64,000 nt of DNA, from the NCBI GenBank assembly GCA_038496445.1, contig JALMLS010000461.1:62001-126000 (forward strand), in the 5' to 3' direction. The notes beneath the pieces were generated by a model that saw nothing but the letters and a program-made list of their open reading frames with translations, was not told the origin of the DNA and did not search any database. Shown here in pieces: positions 38,264-50,708 of this stretch (position 1 is the first letter of the stretch; each line of letters opens with the position of its first letter). This DNA comes from Trichosphaerium sp. ATCC 40318. Lineage: Eukaryota; Protista; Tubulinea. The translations under genes and the position numbers were made by a program.

Positions 38264-41200
38264 ATGACAGATAATCATGGCATTACCGCTAGCGGTAATT
38301 GGAACACTGAGCCAAACGCAGACTTCATTGTACGAGCACAAACAGAACACTTCCAAAAAAAAAAGTTGTTCCGTTTTAATGTGTCTGACTTGTGCTTGTA
38401 GAATAACGAAACAGTGTCATACACGGAAAATCCCCAGGATCATATACGTATGTAACTACTTTAGTGTCCGGGAAAAAATAAAAACCGGGTTAATTAACTT
38501 TTACAACAGGTTTGAGTGGGTTGCTCCGTAAAGATTCTCCAAAGGATTCAAAGCCAAAAAAGAAGATTAAAAAAACGTACGCTTGCTGCAAAGAAGATCG
38601 CTTCTAAAGATTTTATGTAGCGCCCAAAAAAGGACCCAAAAACATCCAGATAATGAGCAAGCCAATCAGTCGCCTAAGAGCAAGAAGAAGTCCTCATTGA
38701 AATCTGGGTAAGTGATGAGCACGTGACCTTTCTAAAAACGAACCACAAACTTTTCTTCTGTAGTTCGTTAGTTCATAAAGCAAGGGCAGCATTGCCTGAA
38801 GTATCTCCAAAAAGCAGCCGGAAAGAAACAGGTGATGGCCCACTTATTGATAGAAAGCAGTCTACAAAGAAAAGCAAAGTCTCATCATCGTCTAAGCGCC
38901 TTGCAGCCTCAGGAAAGAAAGCACCTACTAGAAATCAAGAAGCTACAAACAATAACAGAAACACGCAGTCGAATGCTACAAGCACCCACAACACACCATC
39001 GAATGAGAATAGTATTTACCCTCAAATACCTAATCAAAGGAGAACAGTGAGTACTGACCGAATAGTTTAACAATTATATATCTAACTGTACCGCTTAGCC
39101 ACCACCGCCACCAGGATTGGTAGCGCCTCCACCACCAATGACTACACCACCTCAACCTCCAGCAATAGTTTATGGTGATACTAACAATCAAGTCCAATTC
39201 TCACAGCCTGTACCTCAACGTGTTGAATATAGTGATGACTCATATGAAGACGAAGAAGAAAATGACAGCGCACAACATATTCAACAGAATAGTTACACCA
39301 AAGGTGGTAGACGAAAAAACAAGAGAAAGTTTGGATCTCAGAAACATCCTAAGTATGTTGGTACAAAAGCGAACGGCTGCAGGATGTTCTGGCATATGTA
39401 CATTGGTACATTATTGATACTCTTGTACGTAACTCTTCGTTCATTCTCAGATTTATAACTTTCTACTTAAAGGGGTTCCAATATCTTGTTTTTGAACAAC
39501 CTAAGTCAGAACGCTGAGTCAACAAAGACACTCATATTGAATAATTGTTTGGATCTTGAGATCACTTCAACAAGTGTCGTAAACACTCACGTGGCATTGG
39601 CAGAAACTTCGAATGCTTTCATATCAGATGCTATAACAACAGGAGCTACAGTTGGTTTAGACTTAGCTCTAGATGGTGTTTTCGTTGCAGTTGACGTACG
39701 CTTTAACTTCTTCACTTTTCATCGCATTAAGTTGTCACAATTCTAACAATAATGCCTTCAGGTCGCAATATATATTATTTCAGGGAAAATGAGAATATTC
39801 CTATGTGGTTATGACGCAATGGTTCTTATATTCAATCCACTGTAAGCGCAACTTGTGAAATCCCACATTTTTAACCATCAAATGTAGTAACGAGTTATTG
39901 GAATCAACATTAAATACATTGGAAAGTACAGCCAATACAATCACCGGTGTCTTTGGTTTTAAAAGATCTGTGGAACAACTGAGTGATGAAGAACTTGAAG
40001 CAATTCTAAAAGATGTTACAGATGAACTTGACGCGACATCTAACGAAATAGAATTTTTCAATAACTCTACTGTGAACAACACTGGATTGACCAATATTGG
40101 ATTTAATGAAAGTGAAATTGAGTTTACTCCAGTAGCGCCTCAATCTGTACGTACCTTGTCTGTTTTATATTGCGTGATTGATGTGTTTTAAAGGGTTTGT
40201 TTCTACCAGCTTCAGATGAGATTGAAGAAGCTTTAGCAGACTTTGTCAAAGGACTTCTTGATGATCTCTTAACAGACGAAGTTGAAGCTATCAAGTGAGT
40301 ATTTAGTCAACTAATTTGTACTCCAGTCTCTTTCTTACTTTTTTCTTAAAGGCAAGACGTTATAAACGCTTCAATTGTTCCTTTCGCAGTACCAGAATAC
40401 AATGAGATACAATTTTGTGATGATTTGGACTTTGAACCTTACGACGATGCTGTCAATATTGTTCGTTACATTTCATTTGGTGCAATCATTCTCAACATCA
40501 TTGCAATCTTTGGAACTTGGGCATTCTTGTATTATTCAAATGAAGTAACTCGGTGGTTAAACAACAGAAAAAAAATCAAAGAAATTGATAGACGTCCACG
40601 GTAAGAATACAATGAACATTTTGGAACACAGATTACAACATAAAACTGATCTCTGTTTGTAGTAAAAAACCAGAAGAAGTACCAACTTTGTATTGTATTG
40701 AATTTCTCATCTGGAAGCCTGCTATTGCACTTGTTGCTATCTCTATTCTTACAATTATATTCTTCCATGCATATCTCGCTGGTCTCAACGCAGCGTCATC
40801 TGAAATAGATAAATGGATTGATACAGATGTAAGGGCGTTTGCTGAAGATGTAAGAGTTGAAGTGAACCAATTGATTGTCAGTGCAAATGATATCTATGCT
40901 CAAAATCTGACTGATGTACGTTTTACTGCTTCAACTCTTAGTGCTCACGTGATATCTAGTCTTTACTCGAAACTAAACAGAACTTAAACAACGGAATGGT
41001 GTCTGTAGATAGGGCTCTGAATAGCCTTGCGGATCGAATAGTAGAAGTACAAGAGTAAGCATTAGATACAATCTTGTATATCCTTATTAACGGTTCTTTA
41101 GTCAGTTCGCAGATGAACTTGCGAAATTTATCACAACTTTCTTAGCAGATATATTTGAAGGCTTGTTATCTTGTCTTCTAAGAATTGATGACATAGTTAA

Positions 41201-41606
41201 TATTTTACGGTATGTTAAAACACTTTGTCACTATAAATAAATCAATCTTACTTTTTGTAGTGCTGTTGGACCAGGTCTGTCACTGATTACTGATTTAATT
41301 ATTCCATCGAGTTTCAGTCTTCCAGACGTCCCAACTGTCAGTAACTCTACAGTTGACACATTTGTAGATAGAACACGTACGTCATGTTTTAATCTGGCAC
41401 TCAAAGTTGTCTCTAACATTTGAACTTTAGAAGCAAATGTTAATGCATTTATTGATGGACAAACAGCTTTTGTTGCAGTTGAACTAGGAAATGCTTACGC
41501 TTTGCTATTTTATACATTTCTCATAGTTATCACTGGCGCCAGTATATGGTTTTATTATATACGTCGTTCTAAAAAAGTAACCATGAAGGGAAGCGACAAT
41601 GTGTAA
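38264..41606 (+). CDS. Prm1-like membrane protein, copy 2, multi-exon
   Basis: Inverted paralog of 9675-12976. The indels checked are in frame, and splice sites are conserved. Confidence 0.6.
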
Positions 41607-42027
41607 AAACAAACACAAAATATGAAACTAATGTAAATAAATTATAAAGCTTACTAAGACAGCACATTTTATTTGCTATCAAATACATTGGATCTGATGG
41701 ATAGCCTATTCATTTTTAAGCACTGTGATATTTTCATCCATGTGCGTCATCGACATATGGCTATCTCAATTTTTCATAAGAAATCCATCTCAGTTGCCAT
41801 GGCAAACTTGAGCTTTACCATATGTTGTATTAATACAACGATGTCTTGCTTGGCATACAAATTCACGACCTTATCCTTGTCAAGCATAGTCCATTTTTGC
41901 ACCAGTTTTGCACTTATAATACTTAGCGCTTGTTGGAAAGTGGCGTTGGTACAGTTTAGCTCACAGTTAAGTTGAGCTTCACGGCGATCGTTAAGTTTTG
42001 TTGAATAACGTAAACAAGGCCTTACCG

Positions 42028-44099
42028 ATGTCAACACACATCCTCCTGTTATTAATTATAGGAGCATCTTTAGCGCTTAAATCAAACCCGCTAAAAGAGT
42101 ATGTATTCTCACCAGACCCAACGTATGTCACGTTTCCTCTATTAATTAGCACTTATATATTTCAAGCTACAAATGGGAAAAAGTTTCCTCATTCACTGGG
42201 CCAGGTTTCAATGCAGATGTATTGAAATTAACTTCTCAAACGTGGTTAAAACCTGATGAGGTGTCCGAAACAGTTTGGGAGCATTATCTTGTAATGTAGG
42301 CACAACAAAAGCAATTTTTTTTTTTTCGAACACTTTTCTTCCAAACAGCGTTTCAATCACGTGATATTCTAAAAATTACGTCAAGCGCTACACCAGACGT
42401 AGTAAAATACGATAATGCTTTTCTTTACGTTACAGGAAGTTCAAATCCACTAGGTAACCCACCAACAACGTACGAAGACTGTCTTTATCGTCCCTGGACT
42501 AATGGCTTGTTATAGGATTGATCCAATAGCCTTGCCAATTTTAATGGAAAGTTCGGTTGTGGCTATCTTATATCAAGTACCAAACCAGCCGTTGGTATTC
42601 GCAGATGATCCTAAAGGACCACTAAAGAGATATGAAGGTAAACGGTTAAAGTTCAAAAAACCTTTCGCCAAAAATAATTTTTTAAGATGCTCTGATCGCT
42701 TTCACTTGGTGGGATTTTGCACATAACCTAGACCCTATGATCGTACGTACTTAGGGTTGGCGACAGCATTAAAAAGATCCTAAGACATTTTATTAAAAGC
42801 TGGCAAGATTGCCAATGGTAAAATCGGTTGTTAAAGCAATGGACGCAGTCCAAGAGTATTTCCAAAAGAAACAATCAAATGTAGAAATTAATACATTTGT
42901 TGTCGCTGGTGCATCCAAGCGCGGGTGGTGAGTTCCTCTTTCGTATTGTGTGCCCATTATTTTTATTGAATCGTTTAGGACTACATGGCTCACGCCTATT
43001 GATGAGCGTGTGATTGGTATTGTACCTGTTGTCATTGATGTTTTGAATGCTGTAAAGTCGATCAACCACCATTGGAGAGTACGTCACACGAGATGTTCCT
43101 GTATTTTTGTTAATATATTTGTTGCTTTAGGTTTATGGATTCTTCAGCTTCGCTTTGAACGACTACGTTGAGATGGGCACTATTGGATGGCTCAATACGG
43201 AAGAGGTTCGAAACAATTTTTTTTTGTGGGATTTTTCTTCTTACTTCCTTAGACTACTGAAATGATGAATATTATCGATCCCTTCGAGTACAGAGACGAA
43301 TTTACTCTACCAAAATATATTGTAAACGCTGCTGGTGATGAGTGAGTGACTTTTGAAAGAACTTATTATTAAATTATTGCATATTTTACTGATCAACACA
43401 ACAGATTCTTCCTACCCGACAGCAGCCAGTTCTACTATGATGAACTCAAAGGAAAGAAAAATATAAGATATGTACCTAATACTGGACACAGTATGGGCGG
43501 AGAAGCTGGTATTTCGGCTGCGTAAGCAATTCTTTGAATTCAGTAAATTATTAACTGGTATTTTTTCAAAATAGCATAAGCGTTGGTACATGGTACTATG
43601 CCTTAATGAACGATATCAGCGTCCCTGAAATATCTTGGGAAATCAATAAACATACTGGAAGAATAGTTGTCAAAACTGAAGTCCTCCCATCGGCAAGTAG
43701 TACTCAAAATTGAAAGACTTAGTTTTAGCTAACAAAACCTTAAACTTTTAGAAAGTCCTAATGTGGCAAGCTTATAATCCAAGAACACGTGATTTCAGAG
43801 CAAATCCTAACCCAATCCCATGGACAAGTACCGAACTAAGACGAGAGAATGATGGAACATACATAGGAAGACCACAAATTCCAGAAGAAGGTATTAAACA
43901 TACATACTTACGAATTGTTTTAAGTTGACTTGTCTTAGGTTGGCGTGCAGCTTTTGTTGAATGTCATTTCAGCATAGATGGCAGAGAGTTTATTCAAACC
44001 TCTGCTGTTTCTGTAGTTCCTGACGTGTTGCCTTTCCCACCTTGCGGATTCCCATGCGAATGTAAAGATGACTGCCCACCTGGACCTCCTGTACACTAG
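42028..44099 (+). CDS. aprA: Secreted PqaA-type / Dictyostelium AprA-like protein
   Basis: Signal peptide, then [61 protein letters not shown] and RYVPNTGH. Confidence 0.85.
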
Positions 44100-44243
44100 A
44101 TTTAATATGAAATAAATCTAGTTAACTCATTTGCCTATTATTTCTATCCTAAATACAAGTAAACCCAACACTCTTTGTTATTTAGTATTTCCTAATGTTG
44201 AATTTGATGTAGTGCATCGTTAAATAGTACGGTAGTTGTTTAT

Positions 44244-46962
44244 TTACAAATAATGTACAGCAACTGCTGGCCTTTTTTTTCGGATTTCGGCAACTGTGCT
44301 GCTCCTAACACGTGTTCCTGTTATTGATAATAGTTGCAAGCACTCCGCATCATTATCTTCGAGAACTCCCTTAACAGCAGAATCATCAACACGTTGGCAG
44401 TGCGGTACGTGAAGAACTTGTAAGAAGACAAACACTTTTAATATCTTTGCAACACTTCCTAAAAAACAAAGTTATTACATGAGTTTTATACGTCACGTGA
44501 TCAATAAAACGCGAAATTAGAATAAGCAATGAAGTCACGTACCAGACCGTATGTCAGTGTGTCCTAAATTGAGTACAGTGAGACGTCTATGAAGGTTCGT
44601 CTGATTCAGTAAAAACTCTATTCCTTCATATGTAATATTGTTGTATGGAATAACAAGAGAGTATAAGTTTGTACATATTTCTGCAATGTCTTTTAAGTTC
44701 TTATCTACAAGCCCTGTCTTTCTAAGATTCAAATGTCGAATATTGGTAAGCTTCCTTAAGAGCGGAATAAAATCATCAAATGGACAAGAACAATGGCTCA
44801 AGCTTAAATTACAGAGTCTATGGGTGATGCCATTGTCTTCTATAGCTTTATCAGACGGTACGAAATCTGTTGGATTAACATCTAAGGATGTGAGATTAGG
44901 TAGTTTTGTGAGAAGGTCATCCAAGTTAGGCATTGTCAGTGAAGAATCAGGCAAGAAGCACCTAATGAAGTTAAGACTTAGCAGACATGACAATTTTGAA
45001 GAAAACAAAAAGCAAGAGAGCATACCCCATGTGGAGGTACTTGAGTCTTGTATTTTTTTGAAGAGCGGTGCTTAGCATAGGTAATGTATATGAAGGTACA
45101 TTTTGAGAGATATGCAAAGTTACTAGATCCTTAAGACAACTCATGTGAGGTCCAAAAGCTGATTCATCCCAGTCTTGAATATTTAAAAACTGTAAGTTTG
45201 GAAACGCTTTAACGATGCCCATCATAGACCTAAGTTATTATAAACAATACAAAAAGGTTAATTAGGTTTATGTGGTACTCTGAACTGCATGTTCTGATTC
45301 CAGCAACCTCAAGAGATGTCAAACGGCTGTTCGAAGAAACATCAACAAAACATGTTTCATCAAGAGTTCCAGTGAATGATACGTATACATCAGTTAATTG
45401 ACGGCATTTTTTAAATAATTTTGATACAGAAGCGTTACTAATAAATGTCTTTGAAGCGCAACTAAAAAAGATGAGTTAAAATCTTTGTGTTGATGAAGTT
45501 AAAACAATACTTACAAAATCTCCAAACCTGGACAGCCATCAATGAATGCATTGCATACCTAATTAGTTATGTTAAATAGTGCTAGTTTTAGCGTATTTAG
45601 TATAAAAAGATACGCACTTGTGCATCTAGATTGACCTTAGAAGGGGTTAGAGCATAAAGAATTTTGGATTTAGACATACTTTTTTAGGAAGGTATATTTC
45701 TCGTAAATTAGAGCATGAGTTCGCGATAATAGTCATAATTCTGGCTGTAGCGGGAACACTTAATATCTTAGTACACCTAAAATGAGAGCGTTGTCAGTAT
45801 CCGTAACATTGAAAACCCATTTACCAAAGTTGCTGTAAATTAACACAATTTCTGAAAATGTTTGACATTCCCTCTTCTGAAAGCTGTGCTATAGAGATGT
45901 TTTAAACTTTGCTAACAATAATATAATTATTTTTGAAACTACAAACCTGATTTTGTTAGGTCAAGCAATGTAAGGTTTGTTTGGAGGGCAAGAGCAGCTT
46001 CTACTTTTGGATTCAAAATCCTGTATTTTTAATAAGTTTAAAACGCAATCAAGGTCTTTCTAGCTTGTTGCACATACTTTAATGATGCTATTTTTAATGA
46101 AACAAGATTTGTGCATGTCTTGAGTAATGTTTCAAAAGCGCAAGACGCTTCAACTAGTGAGGATACAAAAGCATTTGACCTAAGAAAAAAGTTAATTTTT
46201 TGGTTTCAACAAAGAAGTCACAATACACGTGTGACGAATGTTCATCCGTACTTTGATATGTTCAACGCTGTGAGTGATGTAGTATATTTTGATAATGTAT
46301 TGAGATAGGGATACTCAAGAAAAGGACACCCTCTCACTTGTAAATCAAGAAGTTTTGACCATTTTGGAATTATTGATTCCAAGTGTTTTGACTTTAATAC
46401 TCTGCTTTGATTACATGTAAACCTCTTAACGTTTGAGCACTTTTCAAGAGTCATCAGTACTTCCTCTGTAACACATGTCTTTGTGATATTGACATTCGTG
46501 AGTTGAGGGTTACACTAAACCCAAAATCAGTCACCCAGTCAGATGTATAAACCAGTGTACCGACAAATAAGCGATCAAAGCCTTTGAACTGATTGTACTA
46601 AGTCCGAAAAAAGAAACGTCTGTGACGTTTGGACACATGATTGGTAATTTCGCTATTGTAGAGTCTGATATACCAGTTCGGATACCTGAGAGTTTCAATC
46701 GGCGTGTTCCTTCGTCTAAAGAGTATAAATAACTGTATTTCGCGTATTAATCCCTTTTTAGTACAATTAGATGTATTATTAATGGCGTACTGAAAAATAA
46801 CGGCAAACAGTCGTCATCTATCTCGGAATAAGATGCCAAGTTAAAGAATATGCGTTTAAGAGCGTGAGCAGGTAATACGCTAAAATCTACCCTTTGCTTT
46901 CTGTAATAGTCAAAATTTTGTACTATGGTATCCTCACAAAGCTTCACAAGGTTCTTTGCCAT
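44244..46962 (-). CDS. RNI-like (FBXL/AMN1-type) LRR protein, multi-exon
   Basis: Cys-containing LRRs such as LTNIRHLNLRKTGLVDKNLKDIAEICTNLYSLVIPYNNITYEGI. N-terminal MAKNLVKLC. Confidence 0.75.
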
Positions 46963-47560
46963 AACCAGCCGCCTTTAGACAGAAATTGTGTAAACACTTA
47001 AGGAAGTTTGACACTGTTCACTGAAAATAAAAACAAGAAAAATGTCATAAACGACTTTTAGTGTGACGTGTATGCCTCAGAATTTTCTCACTTTTACTTC
47101 GAGAATAATACATCCAACCCAGCTACTATTGCGTTTGTAATACTTTATGGTGAAGGAATAAAATTGCCAAAAAAATCAATTGGCAAACTAGGATGCAAAG
47201 TAAAACTCCTGGATAGCATAGTCGTTACATTATTGTAATATGTGATTACAGCAATGTGTACGTACGTTTTGTTAATATTGCACGGCAAAAAGTGACAATC
47301 TTTGTCTCGTGCGGCTTCTTGTTTCTTTTGTCACTTTAGTAAAACCTCTCGTAATGATTAGAGAGAAACGAGGGAAGAGGAACTCCCTTACACTATTTAA
47401 ATCGATAGATAGCGTGATTGCTTGAGAAGCTACTGGGGCTGAAGGCTCCGGATCAACAGGAGCACTTGAAACTCATAATGGTGAAAGTTGTATCTTTCTT
47501 ATTCCTCCTTAACCTAGTTAAGCTAGGTTCTTCAGGAACAGTTGTCAAGACAACGTAACA

Positions 47561-48181
47561 ATGGATACAAACGCTGATAATAGCTGGGAGCTGGACGATC
47601 CGACAGAAACTGCACTGAACAATAAATATACGTTTTACTTGCCATCACACGAAGGGAAAGCGCTTTTAAAACCAGGAGACAACGTCAAGCTTATTTTCAA
47701 CGATTTGACTCCAGATGGCGGAAGAGAACGCATGTGGGTTACAATAACAGAGCGAGACGGTGATAACTTTACTGGTACTCTTGCAAACCACCCTTACGGC
47801 TTTTCAAGCTTAGATTTTGGACATATCATACATTTCGAAGAAAAACATATTATTTGTATGGGGATAGACGATCCAAACGACGGGGATGACTTGATACAAA
47901 AATATCGGAAAAGGTGCAATGTTTCGCGTCAATTACTCCTGGAAGGTAGTAAGATTATGTGTTTGTATAGAGAGGAGCCAGAGGATAGGCCTGATGAGAT
48001 GTACCCTGACAGTGGGTGGAGGTTAAGGCATACAAGTGATGATAATGTTGAATGCTCGTTTGAAGTGGCGTCTTTGGGACTAATGTTAAACAGGAATGAC
48101 AAGTTCTTAAGTTTTCTTGACGAACCAGTGGGTACAAAGTTGTGTTGGGATGAAAAGTCACAAGAGTTTAAACACGTGTAA
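47561..48181 (+). CDS. Intronless DUF2314/DUF2185-like protein (bacterial-type, candidate HGT)
   Basis: ERMWVTITERDGDNFTGTLANHP (YegJ/DUF2314-like) plus YREEP...DSGWR (DUF2185-like). Confidence 0.75.
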   Translation: MDTNADNSWELDDPTETALNNKYTFYLPSHEGKALLKPGDNVKLIFNDLTPDGGRERMWVTITERDGDNFTGTLANHPYGFSSLDFGHIIHFEEKHIICMGIDDPNDGDDLIQKYRKRCNVSRQLLLEGSKIMCLYREEPEDRPDEMYPDSGWRLRHTSDDNVECSFEVASLGLMLNRNDKFLSFLDEPVGTKLCWDEKSQEFKHV

Positions 48182-48503
48182 CCTATGAATTGGTATAGGA
48201 AATAAAAGTTAATTTACAAAGTAAAAGCACGGAAAAGGTTTTGTACGGTGGAATCAAATCAAAGGGTGCAAGCACTCGCATACCACTGTGATGTCATTTT
48301 ACGTCAGAAATGTCTATATTGTCTAGAGTGTGGTCAAATACAACATATCAGTTTGGCTGTTTGAGGCCTTACTTAACATGAACAAGTTTTTTACTTTTTA
48401 CAAGTGTATTTTTGGCCTCTAATTAAAGTTGGCAAAGAACAACTGGGGCTATCCCGAAGAAGGTGTTGTTATAATGTACATAAAGCTATTTAAGTGACTT
48501 TAA

Positions 48504-50569
48504 CTAAAGTTTAGGTCGTCCATTGTTGTTATTATAATTGTTGGCTTCTGACCACAAATGAATATTTTCTTTTGTTCGTCCCAAATGGTTTAAATACACA
48601 TAAACATCTGTACCAAAACCATCCATACCTATGTACCTTGATTAAGAACAATAGAAACTAATTTATAAATACATACTCAGCAACTTAATATCTCCTCCAA
48701 AGTAACGTGCATAAACTCTTGCAACAGGGAGTCCAAAACCTGGAAGAAAAAAAAAAGTGTAAATTTCAGTAGATTTAACATTATGAGCACAGTACCATAA
48801 CCAGCAAATGTATCATGAACATTAGAAGGTTCTTGAGCACCTTTAATAATATTAGTTAGCTATACAACGTTCGAAAATATATCATACCTGACACTCTCAT
48901 TGCCATATCAGATGTTGTAAAAAAATATCTAAGGGAAAAAAAGGCATTAGCAAACTCGTACATCTGAAACGTCATGGCTAAGTAAACAATATACGTACTG
49001 CCATATTTTAGATATATCACTACGCTTAATTCCACCCTATTAAAGTCATTAACTCTATCATAAAGCGAAGCAAAATTTACAAAATGAATTCAGCCAAAAA
49101 TTTCTTATTTCTTTGAACATACACCCTTGTCATGTATCTTCATTGTAATATCTTCTTCTCCTTTTGAAATAATTATCTTAACAGGAGGTAACTCCTACCG
49201 ATCTGTCAGTTAAAATTCACAGTACTCAATAATTGAGTAACCTCTTTATCCTTGTGAGTTTCGATCACAGCACGCATTGAGTTTTTTAGTAGCTCGAATA
49301 AAATATGATATAAATGCGATGGTGCATAAGAGAAAGTTTGGCTCAATTCACCAAGTAAAACAACGTCTGGGGATTCCCTATGTCATAATTAAACGAGGCG
49401 GTATTCTCATATACGTTCACACGCACCCATACGTGAGACTACAAAGATGCTTTGCAGCATCAATTGCTAACAAATGTTAAAACAATTAGTTTTAACAGAG
49501 TACCGTCTACCTGCTTCTGCAACATCAGCTGGGTTACAACGCGTTTGAATTGCTCCAACAAAACCCTCATGAGAGTATTCTGGATCTCCTATAAGATCGA
49601 GATGCTGTACCTAAAATAAAGTTAACATTTCCGCAACAAAAAGAACATGTTCCAAACTTACTTGCAGTAACCTCGTGCCAACTCTTGAGTTCAAGAATGA
49701 ATCGAGCATAGGCTTAATAGAAGGCTCCAATATCTCTAAAAACAGAAAAACAGAATGTCAGAATATCACGTGATAAGTGTAAATAGGTAAAGCCGAGAAA
49801 TAGAAATTGTTCAACAAAATAATTTACCATTGGCACGCTTTCCATTACGCTGTGTATACTCCATCAAACCTTTAGCAAGTGTAGGAATAACCTCGTCATG
49901 ACGATCTCTTATATTACGAACAATATTAGCAAATTCATCAATCTTATCTACTAAACAGTCAAAAGTAAGAAAAAAGAATCAAAAATAGAAAAAAAAGTCC
50001 AAAAAAAAAAACATGAAGAGAAAAAAGGTATTTTTGAAGTTACCGCTATCAGGTGACTCAGAATCAATTAAATCCTTGCAAGTGTCAAAATACATTTCAT
50101 GAATACGCTGTATAGCAGGCATATCTATTGTTTAAGGTTATTCAAAAGGAATTTTAAGCGTTTTGATTTTAAACTTACCTGCCAAGCCGTTTGGAAGAGC
50201 TTTGATTAATTCCACATGCCTACAGTAGCGTATACGAAATTCTCGGTGCTTAAAATAATCATTAGGCGTCTATTTCACAAAAGATACCAATAGTATCGTT
50301 AATCATCGCTCTAGAAGCGAATATAGCGAAAGTAATGCGCACCAAGTGTTGACTTGAAAGTACTTTCGTTTTGGGAGTTCTAATATACGTTAGCGCTCAG
50401 TATCCATGCGTTTTCAGCGGCCAATCCCATTTTTGGGGCGTTAACGGAATTCTAAGTTAGAAGCGTACTTTATCTCTCCAAACTGTACCAAGTCGCGTAA
50501 ACTGACTCTGTAAGGCTCTTGCTTGGCGTATTCAGCGATTTTAGTAAGATACCGCGCTTTAGCTAACAT
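48504..50569 (-). CDS. Mitochondrial pyruvate dehydrogenase / BCKD kinase family
   Basis: [42 protein letters not shown]-like segment, [22 protein letters not shown] and [10 protein letters not shown]. Confidence 0.9.
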
Positions 50570-50708
50570 ATTCGAATAGAGTCGCCTGTGATGAATTGTC
50601 TAGTACTAAAATTAGAGCTACGACACTCTGTACTCGATTGATACGTTTATTCAAAAAACAAACAAGACTTGCGTTGAAAATTAGAGCTTGAAAAAATATA
50701 CCCAAATT

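Larger units (their letters stand above)
29321..41640. repeat. Segmental duplication, right copy (inverted, scrambled, with insertions)
   Basis: Counterpart of 7556-16990. Unique inserts at 31181-32006, ~32096-33570 and ~36285-36510. Confidence 0.95.
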
